Positions 26,817-35,543 of a stretch of DNA of 35,543 bases are shown piece after piece. The DNA comes from a virus (Duplodnaviria; Heunggongvirae; Uroviricota; Caudoviricetes), in IMG/VR virus record IMGVR_UViG_2582581022_000006; one strand, 5' to 3'. A model generated the notes under the pieces. That model ran no database searches. It saw nothing but the letters and a program-made list of their open reading frames with translations, and had not been told where the DNA came from. The position numbers were made by a program, and so were the translations under genes. Positions within the stretch are counted from its first letter, which is position 1, and each line of letters starts with the position of its first letter.

Positions 26817-27152
26817 ATGTCACAGACCCCATCCGATACTTTTAAATTGTCTTATCCCTTCACCACTGCTGCAGGCACCAGAATTGAGCAGGTTGAACTG
26901 AAACGCCTGACGGTAAAAGACCTGAAGCAGGTGCGCAAAATCAGCAAAAACCCGGCAGACTGGGACGAACCGCTGATTGCCCGCAGTACTGGTCTTCTCC
27001 CGGAAGATCTCGACAATATGGATCTGGCTGATTACCTGCAGTTACAGAAACGATTTCAGCTCATCACGGGGATGGGTGAGAGCAACCAGGGCGCTGACGC
27101 AGGCGCAGGGGCTGCTGGCGAGATGGTTCCGGTTTCAGCCGGGGGAGATTGA
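26817..27152 (+). CDS. Tail assembly chaperone (short form)
   Basis: 111 aa with RBS AGGAG; located between tube and tape measure genes. Confidence 0.6.
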   Translation: MSQTPSDTFKLSYPFTTAAGTRIEQVELKRLTVKDLKQVRKISKNPADWDEPLIARSTGLLPEDLDNMDLADYLQLQKRFQLITGMGESNQGADAGAGAAGEMVPVSAGGD

Positions 27153-27234
27153 TGCCCTCGATACTGACGATCTGGAGATGTGGCTGGAGCAGGCTGAAGA
27201 GCAAATAAAAAGCGAGTACGGCGACAAATCATAG
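26817..27234 (+). CDS. Tail assembly chaperone, frameshift-extended form (putative programmed frameshift; slip site not located)
   Basis: An open +1 frame overlaps the 3' part of the chaperone gene and continues to 27234 (track ORF 26977-27234), the arrangement conserved upstream of tape measure genes. Confidence 0.4.
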
Positions 27235-27309
27235 TACAGACAGCCGCCAGTAGCGGCTGTTCTGCGTTATCCCCTCACGTCTTTTCACCTTCCCCGGAGG
27301 TTAACCACT

Positions 27310-30000
27310 ATGTCGGGACAGTTTTCAGTCGGCGTTGTTATCGGCGGGATGATTGGTAGCACATTCCGTTCTGCAATGAGCGGTACCCGCCGTGCGCTTG
27401 ATTCCCTGAGCGATACCTCACGCCGCCTGCAGGAACGTCAGAACGCTTTAACCCGTGCAACAGAACGTTATGGTCAACTGGGTTCTTCCCGGATGCAGCA
27501 TCTCAACAGCGAGCTGCTGCGGGTAAGCCGCACCATGGAGCAAATTGAGCGCCAGCAGCGCCGTCTGTCAGCGGCATCCGCTACCAGTGATGCGCTGAAA
27601 GCTAACCGCATGGCGCTGTATGGTCAGGGGATTGAAGCGTATGGCATGGCACAGACTGTTTATCATACGGTTTCCCCTGCCGTTCAGCAGTCCATGTCTT
27701 TTCAGGACAAAATGATTGATATGTCGATCACCGCAAAATATGACAATAAAACGCGGGATGGACTTGCCGGACAGATAAAAGGCTGGGCGCTTAAATACAA
27801 TCAGTATCAGGATGAGCTGCAGGAGGCGGTGGGTTCACTCATCAGCGACAATATTGATAATGTGTCAGATATCGGTTTTCTGATGCCGGATATTGCCCGC
27901 GCGGCAACGGCAACACGCACGTCTGCTCAGGACTGGGCAAAAGTGGCCGCAGTCTGGCAAAACTCCCTGAAAGGTGCGGCCAGAGATTTTGGTGCCGTTC
28001 AGAATATTATGGCTTATGCCGGTGACCAGGGGTCATTTGAAATCCCGGATCAGGTCAAGTGGATGCAGTCCCTGGCCCCAATGATGGCGGGTATTGCCAG
28101 TGGAAAAGAGGCTGTTGCTGAAATCGGGGCCAGTCTCCAGATAGCAAAAATCGGTGCAGGTTCCACCGACGAAGCAGCCAATAATTTTAAAAACTTTCTT
28201 ACCAAAATTTTTGCCCGCGATACTCAGAAACAGTTTGCTGATCTGGGTATTGATTTGCAGGGATCTATTGCGAGTTATAAAGCTGCGGGGATCTCTCCGA
28301 TTGAAGGGATGTTGAGTGTTATAGAACGTTACCTCAATGCCAAAAGCCCCGAAGCGCTGGCCGGCTTCAAATCAGCCATGAAAATAAAGAATGATACGGC
28401 AAGAGATGAGGCACTTCAGGCTCTGGCGAAAAACTTTGGTCTGGGCGATATGTTCGCGGATATGCAGGTCATGGCATTTATCCGCCCGATGCTGGCCAAC
28501 ATGGACAGATATCGAGAGATCCGTGCCGGTGCTCTCAGGGCTGCGGATAACGATTTGCTTGCCAGTGCTTATGATCAGCGGCTGAAATCTCCCCTTGAAG
28601 CCACTAAAACACTTATGGTCAGCAGTCGCGATCTGGCAATTACGCTGGGCGATCAATTAGCTCCATCTTTTATTTCTTTGACTCAGGAACTGCTTCCACT
28701 CATTCAGGGGGCAAAACACTGGGTAGCGACTCACCCGCAATTTGTCAGTGGGGCTTTTAAGCTCATCAGTGCGCTCCTTGCGATTAAGATAGCGACTGTT
28801 GGTCTCAAACTGGGGCTGAATCTCCTTATTTCCCCCTTTGTAAGTGTCTGGAAAAATGCTGTTTTACTTCGGGCCAACTGGCTTCGTCTGTCGCTCGCAC
28901 TGGGGCAAGGCGGTAAGCTCCGCTGGCTGGTGACCGGATTTAGCGCCGTCGCCAGAGGAGCCAGAACACTGAGTGGCGTGCTCTCCGAGGGGCTGGTTCG
29001 CGGAATTATGCTCGCCGGACGTGCTGTTCTCTGGATTGGACGTGCGCTGATGATGAATCCCATCGGTCTCGTTATCACCGCTGTCGCGGCAGCAGCTTAC
29101 CTTATCTACCGCAACTGGGGGGCAGTCAGTGGCTGGTTTAAACAGCGCTGGGCAGACATTCAGGAAGCCTTTAACGGCGGCATTGTGGGAATTGGTAAGT
29201 TACTGATTAACTGGTCGCCGGCAGGCCTGCTCTATAAAGCCTTTGCAGCTGCGCTGAAATATCTTGGTGTTGATCTGCCGGCAAAGTTTACCGACTTCGG
29301 TGGCCATCTTGTCGATGGTCTGATTAACGGTATCAAAAACAAATGGGAGTCGCTCAAATCCAGTGTAACCGGAATGGGTGACAGCATCAGTGGCTGGTTC
29401 AGCGAAAAGCTGGGCATTCATTCGCCGAGCCGCGTGTTTATGGGCTTTGGTGACAATATCGCGCAGGGGGCCGCCATTGGCCTGCAGCGGACCACTCCGC
29501 TTGCAGCTCTGGCCGGGCAGCGAATGGCCAGTGAACTGCTCCCCAGAATGCCCGTGAGCATCCAGGGGCCAGAAATACGGGATAACACTTCAGGTGTTCG
29601 CTTCAGTATGCCGTTGCCCGATATCAATGGGTTTATGTCGTCTGCTAAAAATGCGATCGGAGCCGTAATCAATAGTTTGTCTTCCATGCCCGCTATTCCG
29701 CTCTCCACCCGGGCATCGATTTTACCAGGGCAACGTCTGGCAAATGAGATGACACCGGATGTTCCCCGTATCCCCTCGCCTGAAATCCTGGCTGCCGGAT
29801 ATTCAGGCCGTGGTGCAGCTGCAACCAGCGGTGGAACGTCTGGTGGTATCCAGGTCAGCTTTAATCCTCAGTTTTTCCTCAATGGCAGGGAAACCACAGC
29901 GCCTGCAGGACTGACTGGTGCCCTGAATATGAGTCTGCATGAGCTGGAAAAAATGCTGGAGCGTCTGCTGGCTCAGAAACAACGTAAGGAGTACCGCTGA
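27310..30000 (+). CDS. Tail tape measure protein
   Basis: 896 aa, largely alpha-helical composition with a central hydrophobic block; sits after the chaperone pair. Confidence 0.8.
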   Translation: MSGQFSVGVVIGGMIGSTFRSAMSGTRRALDSLSDTSRRLQERQNALTRATERYGQLGSSRMQHLNSELLRVSRTMEQIERQQRRLSAASATSDALKANRMALYGQGIEAYGMAQTVYHTVSPAVQQSMSFQDKMIDMSITAKYDNKTRDGLAGQIKGWALKYNQYQDELQEAVGSLISDNIDNVSDIGFLMPDIARAATATRTSAQDWAKVAAVWQNSLKGAARDFGAVQNIMAYAGDQGSFEIPDQVKWMQSLAPMMAGIASGKEAVAEIGASLQIAKIGAGSTDEAANNFKNFLTKIFARDTQKQFADLGIDLQGSIASYKAAGISPIEGMLSVIERYLNAKSPEALAGFKSAMKIKNDTARDEALQALAKNFGLGDMFADMQVMAFIRPMLANMDRYREIRAGALRAADNDLLASAYDQRLKSPLEATKTLMVSSRDLAITLGDQLAPSFISLTQELLPLIQGAKHWVATHPQFVSGAFKLISALLAIKIATVGLKLGLNLLISPFVSVWKNAVLLRANWLRLSLALGQGGKLRWLVTGFSAVARGARTLSGVLSEGLVRGIMLAGRAVLWIGRALMMNPIGLVITAVAAAAYLIYRNWGAVSGWFKQRWADIQEAFNGGIVGIGKLLINWSPAGLLYKAFAAALKYLGVDLPAKFTDFGGHLVDGLINGIKNKWESLKSSVTGMGDSISGWFSEKLGIHSPSRVFMGFGDNIAQGAAIGLQRTTPLAALAGQRMASELLPRMPVSIQGPEIRDNTSGVRFSMPLPDINGFMSSAKNAIGAVINSLSSMPAIPLSTRASILPGQRLANEMTPDVPRIPSPEILAAGYSGRGAAATSGGTSGGIQVSFNPQFFLNGRETTAPAGLTGALNMSLHELEKMLERLLAQKQRKEYR

Positions 30001-30884
30001 TGTTTGCCGTACTGGGTGATATTGAGTTTGAGCTGATTACCTACTGGGACGGCTTCGAGGCCACGTTCGGCGTCGATTATGCGGAGCATGCCCGCATCGG
30101 GGGTAAGCCTGGCCTGCAGTTCGTCGGCGACAGGCTGGACGAAATCCAGATAACTCTGGTTTTCCATCAGCATTATTGTGTACCCGATGTGGAGCTGGCG
30201 AGACTGCGAACAGCCATGAAAGCCCATCAGGCACTGGCGCTGGTCTTCGGCAACGGTGACTATCGCGGCTGGTTCGTGATTACCGATGTGACTGCAACCA
30301 GCGAGCAGACTGACAGTACCGGCAACGTGCTGGCTGTCAGTGCCACCGTGTCTCTCCGGGAATACACCGGTGACCCGAAAAATCCTCTGCAACCACCGGC
30401 AATACGCACGAAGCTCCCGGGTGTCGGGGCGGTCTCCGGTGCCATACCTTCACCTTCAGGGGTGGCGCAGTTCATCCGCAACGGCGTCAACTATGCGAAA
30501 CAGGCGCAGTCTGTACTCCAGACCACTATCAGCGCCGTTCGGGTGACACAGAAAATGAAGGATAACCCCGTTGTCGCACTGACCCGTGTGCCGGGGCTGA
30601 TGAGCGGACTGGGTAATATCTCCGGGGCTCTGGGGAAAAGTGTTCCGGCGTTTAACGCACTCTCTGAATCCATGCCCGATGCCATCAGTCTGGCCAGAAC
30701 AGCCAGCGAAGCAGCCACGTATGTACAGCAGGCACAGTCTGCGCTGAGTGGTGTGGACAAAAGAAATATTGCAGGTGCTCTGGATACCGTTTCCGGGCAG
30801 CTTAACGCCGCCGGCACAGCATTCAACCGCATGTCTCCGGGATTAAGTGCAATGGCCGCCAGAATACTGACGAGGAGTGTGTGA
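30000..30884 (+). CDS. Tail protein with gpU-like N-terminal domain (Mu N / DNA circularisation protein family)
   Basis: 294 aa; N-terminal MFAVLGDIEFE...LQFVGDRLDEIQITLVF...GWFVITDV follows the P2 gpU pattern. Confidence 0.65.
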   Translation: MFAVLGDIEFELITYWDGFEATFGVDYAEHARIGGKPGLQFVGDRLDEIQITLVFHQHYCVPDVELARLRTAMKAHQALALVFGNGDYRGWFVITDVTATSEQTDSTGNVLAVSATVSLREYTGDPKNPLQPPAIRTKLPGVGAVSGAIPSPSGVAQFIRNGVNYAKQAQSVLQTTISAVRVTQKMKDNPVVALTRVPGLMSGLGNISGALGKSVPAFNALSESMPDAISLARTASEAATYVQQAQSALSGVDKRNIAGALDTVSGQLNAAGTAFNRMSPGLSAMAARILTRSV

Positions 30885-31096
30885 TGTTTCTTGAACATGT
30901 TACCCGTGACGGAGAGCGCTGGGATTCGCTGGCATGGCAGTACTACGGTGACCCGCTGGGCTATCCCCGGATTATTGCCGCCAATCCGCACGTGGCCATC
31001 ACGCCGGTGCTGCCCTCCGGGCTGTTGTTACTGATCCCGGTGATTGAGGCTGAAGAAGCCCGTACAGAAGAGGATATTGCCCCATGGCTGAGATAA
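30881..31096 (+). CDS. Tail protein X-like (LysM-like)
   Basis: 71 aa; ERWDSLAWQYYGDPLGY...LLLIPV resembles the phage tail X pattern. Confidence 0.55.
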   Translation: MMFLEHVTRDGERWDSLAWQYYGDPLGYPRIIAANPHVAITPVLPSGLLLLIPVIEAEEARTEEDIAPWLR

Positions 31097-32238
31097 ACAG
31101 CACTGCGCAAGTCACATCAGCGTTAACCGGCGTCAGCGATGTGCTGACACCGGTGTTCACTTTGTGGTATCTGCAGAAAAACATCACCTCTGATATCGCG
31201 CCTTATGTCACCCGTGTGACCTGGAGCGATAACATCAAAAATGAGTCCGATACCATTGAGGTGGAGCTGGACGACACCGATGGCCGCTGGCTGGATAAAT
31301 GGTATCCGGGCAAGGGTGACACGCTGACGCTGAAAATGGGCTATCAGGGCGAGAAGCTGCTGTCCTGCGGTACGTTCTCTATAGACGAGATCGAAGTGAG
31401 TTCGCCCGCTTCCGTTGTTTCTATCCGTGGGGTGGCCACCTCGGTTAACAGTGCCCTGCGGACTAAAACCAGTCGTGGTTTTGAGAACACCACGCTGGCA
31501 GCTGTTGCGGGGCGGATTGCCAGAAAGCACCGACTGAAACTGGTGGGCAGCATTGAGTCCATCAGAATCGACCGGGTGACCCAGTATGCTGAAACCGACG
31601 TGGGTTTTCTGCGCCGGCTGGCCAGCGAGTATGGTTATGCAGTGAAAGTGGTCAGTGACCAGCTGATTTTTTCTCATCTGGCCACACTGCGCAGTCAGGA
31701 GCCGGTCAGGCAGTTAAAACCGCAGGATGTGGCCCGCTTTTCCCTGCGTGACACCATCAACCGGGTCTATAAATCTGCAAAGGTAAAACACCAGAAAAGC
31801 AGCAGTAAAAAACTGATCGTCTACGAAGCTGATGGTGGTACCCGTGAAAGCGACAAAAAGCTCAAAGGTGGTAAGGTTACCAGCGCTGACTCACTTAAAG
31901 TTAACAGCCGCGTCAGCGACCCGGACAGTGCCCGGATTAAAGCGGATTCAGCACTGGCCAGACATAACGAATACCAGCAGAACGGCTCCCTGACGCTGAC
32001 GGGAACACCTCAACTGACAGCAGGCAACAAAATTGAACTGGTGGGTTTTGGGCAGTTATCCGGGCCATGGCTCATAACCACTGCCCGCCATGCGTTTGAC
32101 CGTAACAGCGGCTACACCACAGAGCTGGAAGTGGCACGGGGGCCAGTCACAAGAGGGAAAAAACAAAAAACTCAGAAACTCACGGTTTATCACCCGGATG
32201 GCAGTACATCGACGGTGATTAAGGAGAAGAAAAAATGA
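31084..32238 (+). CDS. Baseplate hub / late control D-like protein (Mu P-like)
   Basis: 384 aa, between the X-like and V-like genes. Confidence 0.65.
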   Translation: MAEINSTAQVTSALTGVSDVLTPVFTLWYLQKNITSDIAPYVTRVTWSDNIKNESDTIEVELDDTDGRWLDKWYPGKGDTLTLKMGYQGEKLLSCGTFSIDEIEVSSPASVVSIRGVATSVNSALRTKTSRGFENTTLAAVAGRIARKHRLKLVGSIESIRIDRVTQYAETDVGFLRRLASEYGYAVKVVSDQLIFSHLATLRSQEPVRQLKPQDVARFSLRDTINRVYKSAKVKHQKSSSKKLIVYEADGGTRESDKKLKGGKVTSADSLKVNSRVSDPDSARIKADSALARHNEYQQNGSLTLTGTPQLTAGNKIELVGFGQLSGPWLITTARHAFDRNSGYTTELEVARGPVTRGKKQKTQKLTVYHPDGSTSTVIKEKKK

Positions 32239-32831
32239 CTGGTGTCACTCGTCAGGTCGGTACGGTCAGTGCCGTTGATGCCGACAGGGTTCAGGCCCGC
32301 GTTCGTCTGCCTGAATGCGATAACCTGCGCACAAACTGGCTTAACGTGCTGCAGCGCAATACCCAGGATAACAAAGATTACTGGCTCCCTGACGTGGGGG
32401 AGCAGGTTGAGGTGCTGCTCGATGCCAACGGCGAGGATGGTGTTATTCTGGGCGCGGTGTATTCAGACGTCGATAAACCACCGTTCAGTGACAAAAATAT
32501 CCGGGGAACCCGGTTTGCTGATGGTGCAGAGTACAGCTACAACCGGAAGACGCACACTCTGACCATCCGGGGCGGCATTGAGCATATTGTCATTGAGTGT
32601 GGTGCTGATGTGGTATTGAAAACACAGAAAGCCACGATTGACGCACCGGAAACCGAACTTACCGGAGATCTGCGTGTCAGGGGTAAGCTGATTTACGAAG
32701 GAGGCATGGCGGGTTCTGGTGGTGAAGGTGTTACCGCGACCATCCATGGCAATATCGAGATTAAAGGGAATGCCCATGCCACGGGCAGTATGTTGTCTGA
32801 TGGCGAAAACTCCAGCCACCACTCCCACTGA
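32235..32831 (+). CDS. Baseplate spike / assembly protein V-like
   Basis: 198 aa; Gly-rich C-terminus; order D-V-W-J. Confidence 0.6.
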   Translation: MTGVTRQVGTVSAVDADRVQARVRLPECDNLRTNWLNVLQRNTQDNKDYWLPDVGEQVEVLLDANGEDGVILGAVYSDVDKPPFSDKNIRGTRFADGAEYSYNRKTHTLTIRGGIEHIVIECGADVVLKTQKATIDAPETELTGDLRVRGKLIYEGGMAGSGGEGVTATIHGNIEIKGNAHATGSMLSDGENSSHHSH

Positions 32832-32885
32832 GCTTTTTAAACGCCTTTAATATCAGCGTTCCCGCACGGGGGCAATACTGCCCCC

Positions 32886-33233
32886 ATGAAAACAACCTCA
32901 GTATTCTGGCAACCGACCCTGCAGGCTCCCGGCGAAATTGTCCGGGGGCTGGATGATATCCGGCAGGCGATTCAAATTATCCTGCGGACTCCCCGCGGCA
33001 GCGACCCGCATCGCCCGGAGTTCGGCAGCAATCTGCATCTTTATATCGACTGGCCTGTAGACCGGGCCATTCCGCATGTGGTGCGCGAATCCGTCGATGC
33101 CATCCGGCGCTGGGAGCCCCGCTGCCAGCTTATGTCAGTTAAACCCGCCGTCGACGGCGAACATCTTACGCTCCGGGTGAGCTGGAAAGGCTCAGACGGA
33201 CAGACCCGGACTCAGGAGCTGCTATGGCGCTGA
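32886..33233 (+). CDS. Baseplate wedge protein, GPW/gp25-like
   Basis: 115 aa; RPEFGSNLH...RRWEPR matches the GPW/gp25 pattern. Confidence 0.7.
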   Translation: MKTTSVFWQPTLQAPGEIVRGLDDIRQAIQIILRTPRGSDPHRPEFGSNLHLYIDWPVDRAIPHVVRESVDAIRRWEPRCQLMSVKPAVDGEHLTLRVSWKGSDGQTRTQELLWR

Positions 33234-34327
33234 CAGAACCCGATTTTATTGAACGCGATGCCGACAAAATCACGGCAGAAATGATTGCGAAGTATGAAGC
33301 GGATACCGGCAAAACGCTGTACCCGGCACAGGCAGAACGTCTGCTGATTGATCTGTGGGCCTATCGCGAAATGCTGGTCAGGGTTGCGGTACAGGAGGCA
33401 GCAAAGCAGAATCTGGTCGCCTTTGCCCGTGAGCCGATGATTGATTACCTCGGTGAACTGGTCGGTGTATACCGTCTTGCCGCGCAGCCTGCCACTACCA
33501 CGCTCCAGTTCTCCGTAGATGAGGCACTGGCCATTGATGTGCTGATCCCGGCAGGCACCCGCGTCAGCGCTTCCGACAGCGTTATTTTTGCCACCGATAC
33601 AGATGTGGTACTGAAGGCCGGATTGCTGCTGGTCAATGTCACGTCCACCTGTACCGAACCCGGTACCGCTGGTAACGGCTGGCAACCTGCGCAGGTCAGT
33701 CAGTTACTCGATGAGATTGATAACGTCGACCTGCTGGTGAGCAATCTGACGGCCAGTTCCGGCGGTTCAGAACAGGAAGACGATGACAGGCTCCGGGAGC
33801 GTATCAGGCTGGCCCCGGAGTCATTCACCAATGCCGGAAGCCGTGGCGCATACCGCTTTCATGCCATGCAGGCCCATCCCAACATTGTCGATGTTGCTGT
33901 GCTTTCCCCGGTTCCCGGGACCGTAGATCTGTATCCGCTGCTCAGTACCGGTCTGCCGGACGGCGGTGTTCTCACGCTGGTAGAGAGTTTCTGCTCTGAT
34001 GAGAAAGTCAGGCCACTCACTGATACAGTGCGGGCTAAAACACCAGTGAAGGTGGATTACACCATTGAAGCCAGGATTACGATCTATCGTGATCAGGATG
34101 CCAGGTCTGTAAAAGATGCCGCTAACAGCGCCATACAGAACTGGGTGGCATCACGTGCCGCCACGCTGGGGCGCGATATTGTCCCCAGCCAGATTATCAG
34201 TGCATTGTCCGTTTCCGGGGTGTACCAGGTTGAACTGGTGACACCGGCACTGCGGGTGGTGGCAGAAAACGAATGGGCAAACTGTACGGCAATCACTCTT
34301 AACATGACTGGAGTGTCTGATGACTGA
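33224..34327 (+). CDS. Baseplate J-like protein
   Basis: 367 aa following the gp25-like gene. Confidence 0.65.
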   Translation: MALTEPDFIERDADKITAEMIAKYEADTGKTLYPAQAERLLIDLWAYREMLVRVAVQEAAKQNLVAFAREPMIDYLGELVGVYRLAAQPATTTLQFSVDEALAIDVLIPAGTRVSASDSVIFATDTDVVLKAGLLLVNVTSTCTEPGTAGNGWQPAQVSQLLDEIDNVDLLVSNLTASSGGSEQEDDDRLRERIRLAPESFTNAGSRGAYRFHAMQAHPNIVDVAVLSPVPGTVDLYPLLSTGLPDGGVLTLVESFCSDEKVRPLTDTVRAKTPVKVDYTIEARITIYRDQDARSVKDAANSAIQNWVASRAATLGRDIVPSQIISALSVSGVYQVELVTPALRVVAENEWANCTAITLNMTGVSDD

Positions 34328-34898
34328 GCCATTACAACTCCCGCCACCGCTTGAGGGTGATATCAGTCTCAGGACGCTGGGAAGACTGGCAGGACGGCTG
34401 GATAACATCGACCTGAGCGTACTGATGGTCTTTCTCGTCGATATCGTCGACAGTTCCGCGCTGCCATGGCTGGGCGAGCAGTTCTCACTGTCTGGCGATG
34501 GCTGGGAGCTGGCGGAATCGGACGATGTTCGCCGCATGCTTATAAAAGCAGCCATCGAACTGCACCGGTATAAAGGGACGCCGTGGTCAATCCGGGAAGT
34601 TATCCGCCGTTTTGGCTTTGGTGAAGTGGATCTGATTGAAGGCACAGGTCGTCTCAGTTACGACGGCAATCGCAGCTATAACGGACTGTTTGTTCATGGA
34701 GATGCAGCCGCCTGGGCAGTTTATCGCGTTATTCTGAAACAGCCCATTACTAACGATCAGGCCGCGATGCTGCGTCAGACGCTGGCTGCATTTGCACCGG
34801 CCCGCTGCCATCTGGCCAGCCTGGAGTATCAGTCTGTGGCCATTCGCTATAACAATACCGCCATCCATGATGGCAGTTATAACCACGGGAGCAGTTGA
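34320..34898 (+). CDS. Baseplate/tail protein (P2 gpI / Mu gp48-like)
   Basis: 192 aa between the J-like gene and the tail fiber. Confidence 0.55.
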   Translation: MTEPLQLPPPLEGDISLRTLGRLAGRLDNIDLSVLMVFLVDIVDSSALPWLGEQFSLSGDGWELAESDDVRRMLIKAAIELHRYKGTPWSIREVIRRFGFGEVDLIEGTGRLSYDGNRSYNGLFVHGDAAAWAVYRVILKQPITNDQAAMLRQTLAAFAPARCHLASLEYQSVAIRYNNTAIHDGSYNHGSS

Positions 34899-34900
34899 TT

Positions 34901-35543
34901 ATGGGAAACCTGAATGAAACAGAAAAGTGGGAAGAAAATATCTATCAACTGGAGACATCAGATCCGGTTCTGGGTGGTGCAGACGGGATATCAAATCGAG
35001 CCCCCCGGCAACTGGCAAACAGGACGAAATGGCTGAAGAAGAAAACGGAGGAAGCCGCACAGTCACTGGCTGAACACGTACGTTCCCGTAACCACCCGGA
35101 CGCGACACTGACAGCTAAGGGGTTCACCCAACTGAGCAGTGCCACCAACAGCACCTCTGAAACGCTGGCCGCCACACCAAAAGCGGTCAAGGCTGCATAC
35201 GACCTGGCAGCCGGCAAGGCGCCTGCCAGCCACACTCACCCGTGGAGTCAGATAACGGGAGTGCCTGCGGCTTCACTGACGGCAAAAGGCACCGTACAAC
35301 TGAGCAGCGCCACGGACAGTCAATCAGAAACTGAGGCTGCCACGCCGAAGGCGGTCAAGGCTGCATACGACCTTGCAGCCGGCAAGGCGCCCGTCAGCCA
35401 CACTCACCCGTGGAGTCAGATAACGGGAGTGCCTGCTGCCTCGCTGACGGCAAAAGGCACCGTACAACTGAGCAGCGCCACGGACAGTCAATCAGAAACT
35501 GAGGCTGCCACGCCGAAGGCGGTCAAGGCTGCATACGACCTTG
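34901..35543 (+). CDS. Tail fiber protein, 3'-truncated by the window edge
   Basis: Frame from ATG 34901 stays open to 35543. Contains tandem 56-aa repeats LTAKG..QLSSAT..SETEAATPKAVKAAYDLAAGKAP.SHTHPWSQITGVPAAS. Confidence 0.7.
   Translation, partial: MGNLNETEKWEENIYQLETSDPVLGGADGISNRAPRQLANRTKWLKKKTEEAAQSLAEHVRSRNHPDATLTAKGFTQLSSATNSTSETLAATPKAVKAAYDLAAGKAPASHTHPWSQITGVPAASLTAKGTVQLSSATDSQSETEAATPKAVKAAYDLAAGKAPVSHTHPWSQITGVPAASLTAKGTVQLSSATDSQSETEAATPKAVKAAYDL
35108..35543 (+). repeat. Tandem in-frame 168-bp repeats inside the tail fiber gene (at least 2.6 copies)
   Basis: Units start at 35108, 35276 and 35444; copies 2 and 3 nearly identical, copy 1 diverged. Confidence 0.85.

Overview
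This window holds two phage-derived regions; all calls are from reading the sequence and ORF track, with no database searches run. (1) Positions ~1-1250, minus strand: a lambdoid-prophage-like late regulatory segment with a 194-aa ORF, a strong intrinsic terminator, a promoter and three tRNA genes (Ile-CAU, a degenerate tRNA, Arg-UCU), ending in a terminator. (2) Positions ~1300 to the window end: most of a Mu-like transposable prophage with the BcepMu-type layout. Its early operon runs leftward on the minus strand (Ner-like regulator, DDE transposase, MuB-like ATPase, Gam, small accessory genes, GemA-like, Mor-like activator) and diverges from an HTH repressor gene. The late genes run rightward (holin, SLT endolysin, nested spanins, terminase, portal, head, sheath, tube, frameshifted chaperone, tape measure, baseplate, tail fiber cut by the window edge). 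No tyrosine or serine integrase is present. The most interesting locus is an AT-rich cargo block between the repressor and the lysis genes (10220-13195): a YejK/NdpA-like nucleoid-associated-domain protein translationally coupled to a protein with two C-terminal transmembrane helices, sitting directly downstream of the repressor like lambda cI-rexA-rexB, plus a convergent Dam-family adenine methyltransferase. I propose the two-gene pair as a candidate, apparently undescribed, prophage-encoded exclusion or abortive-infection module.
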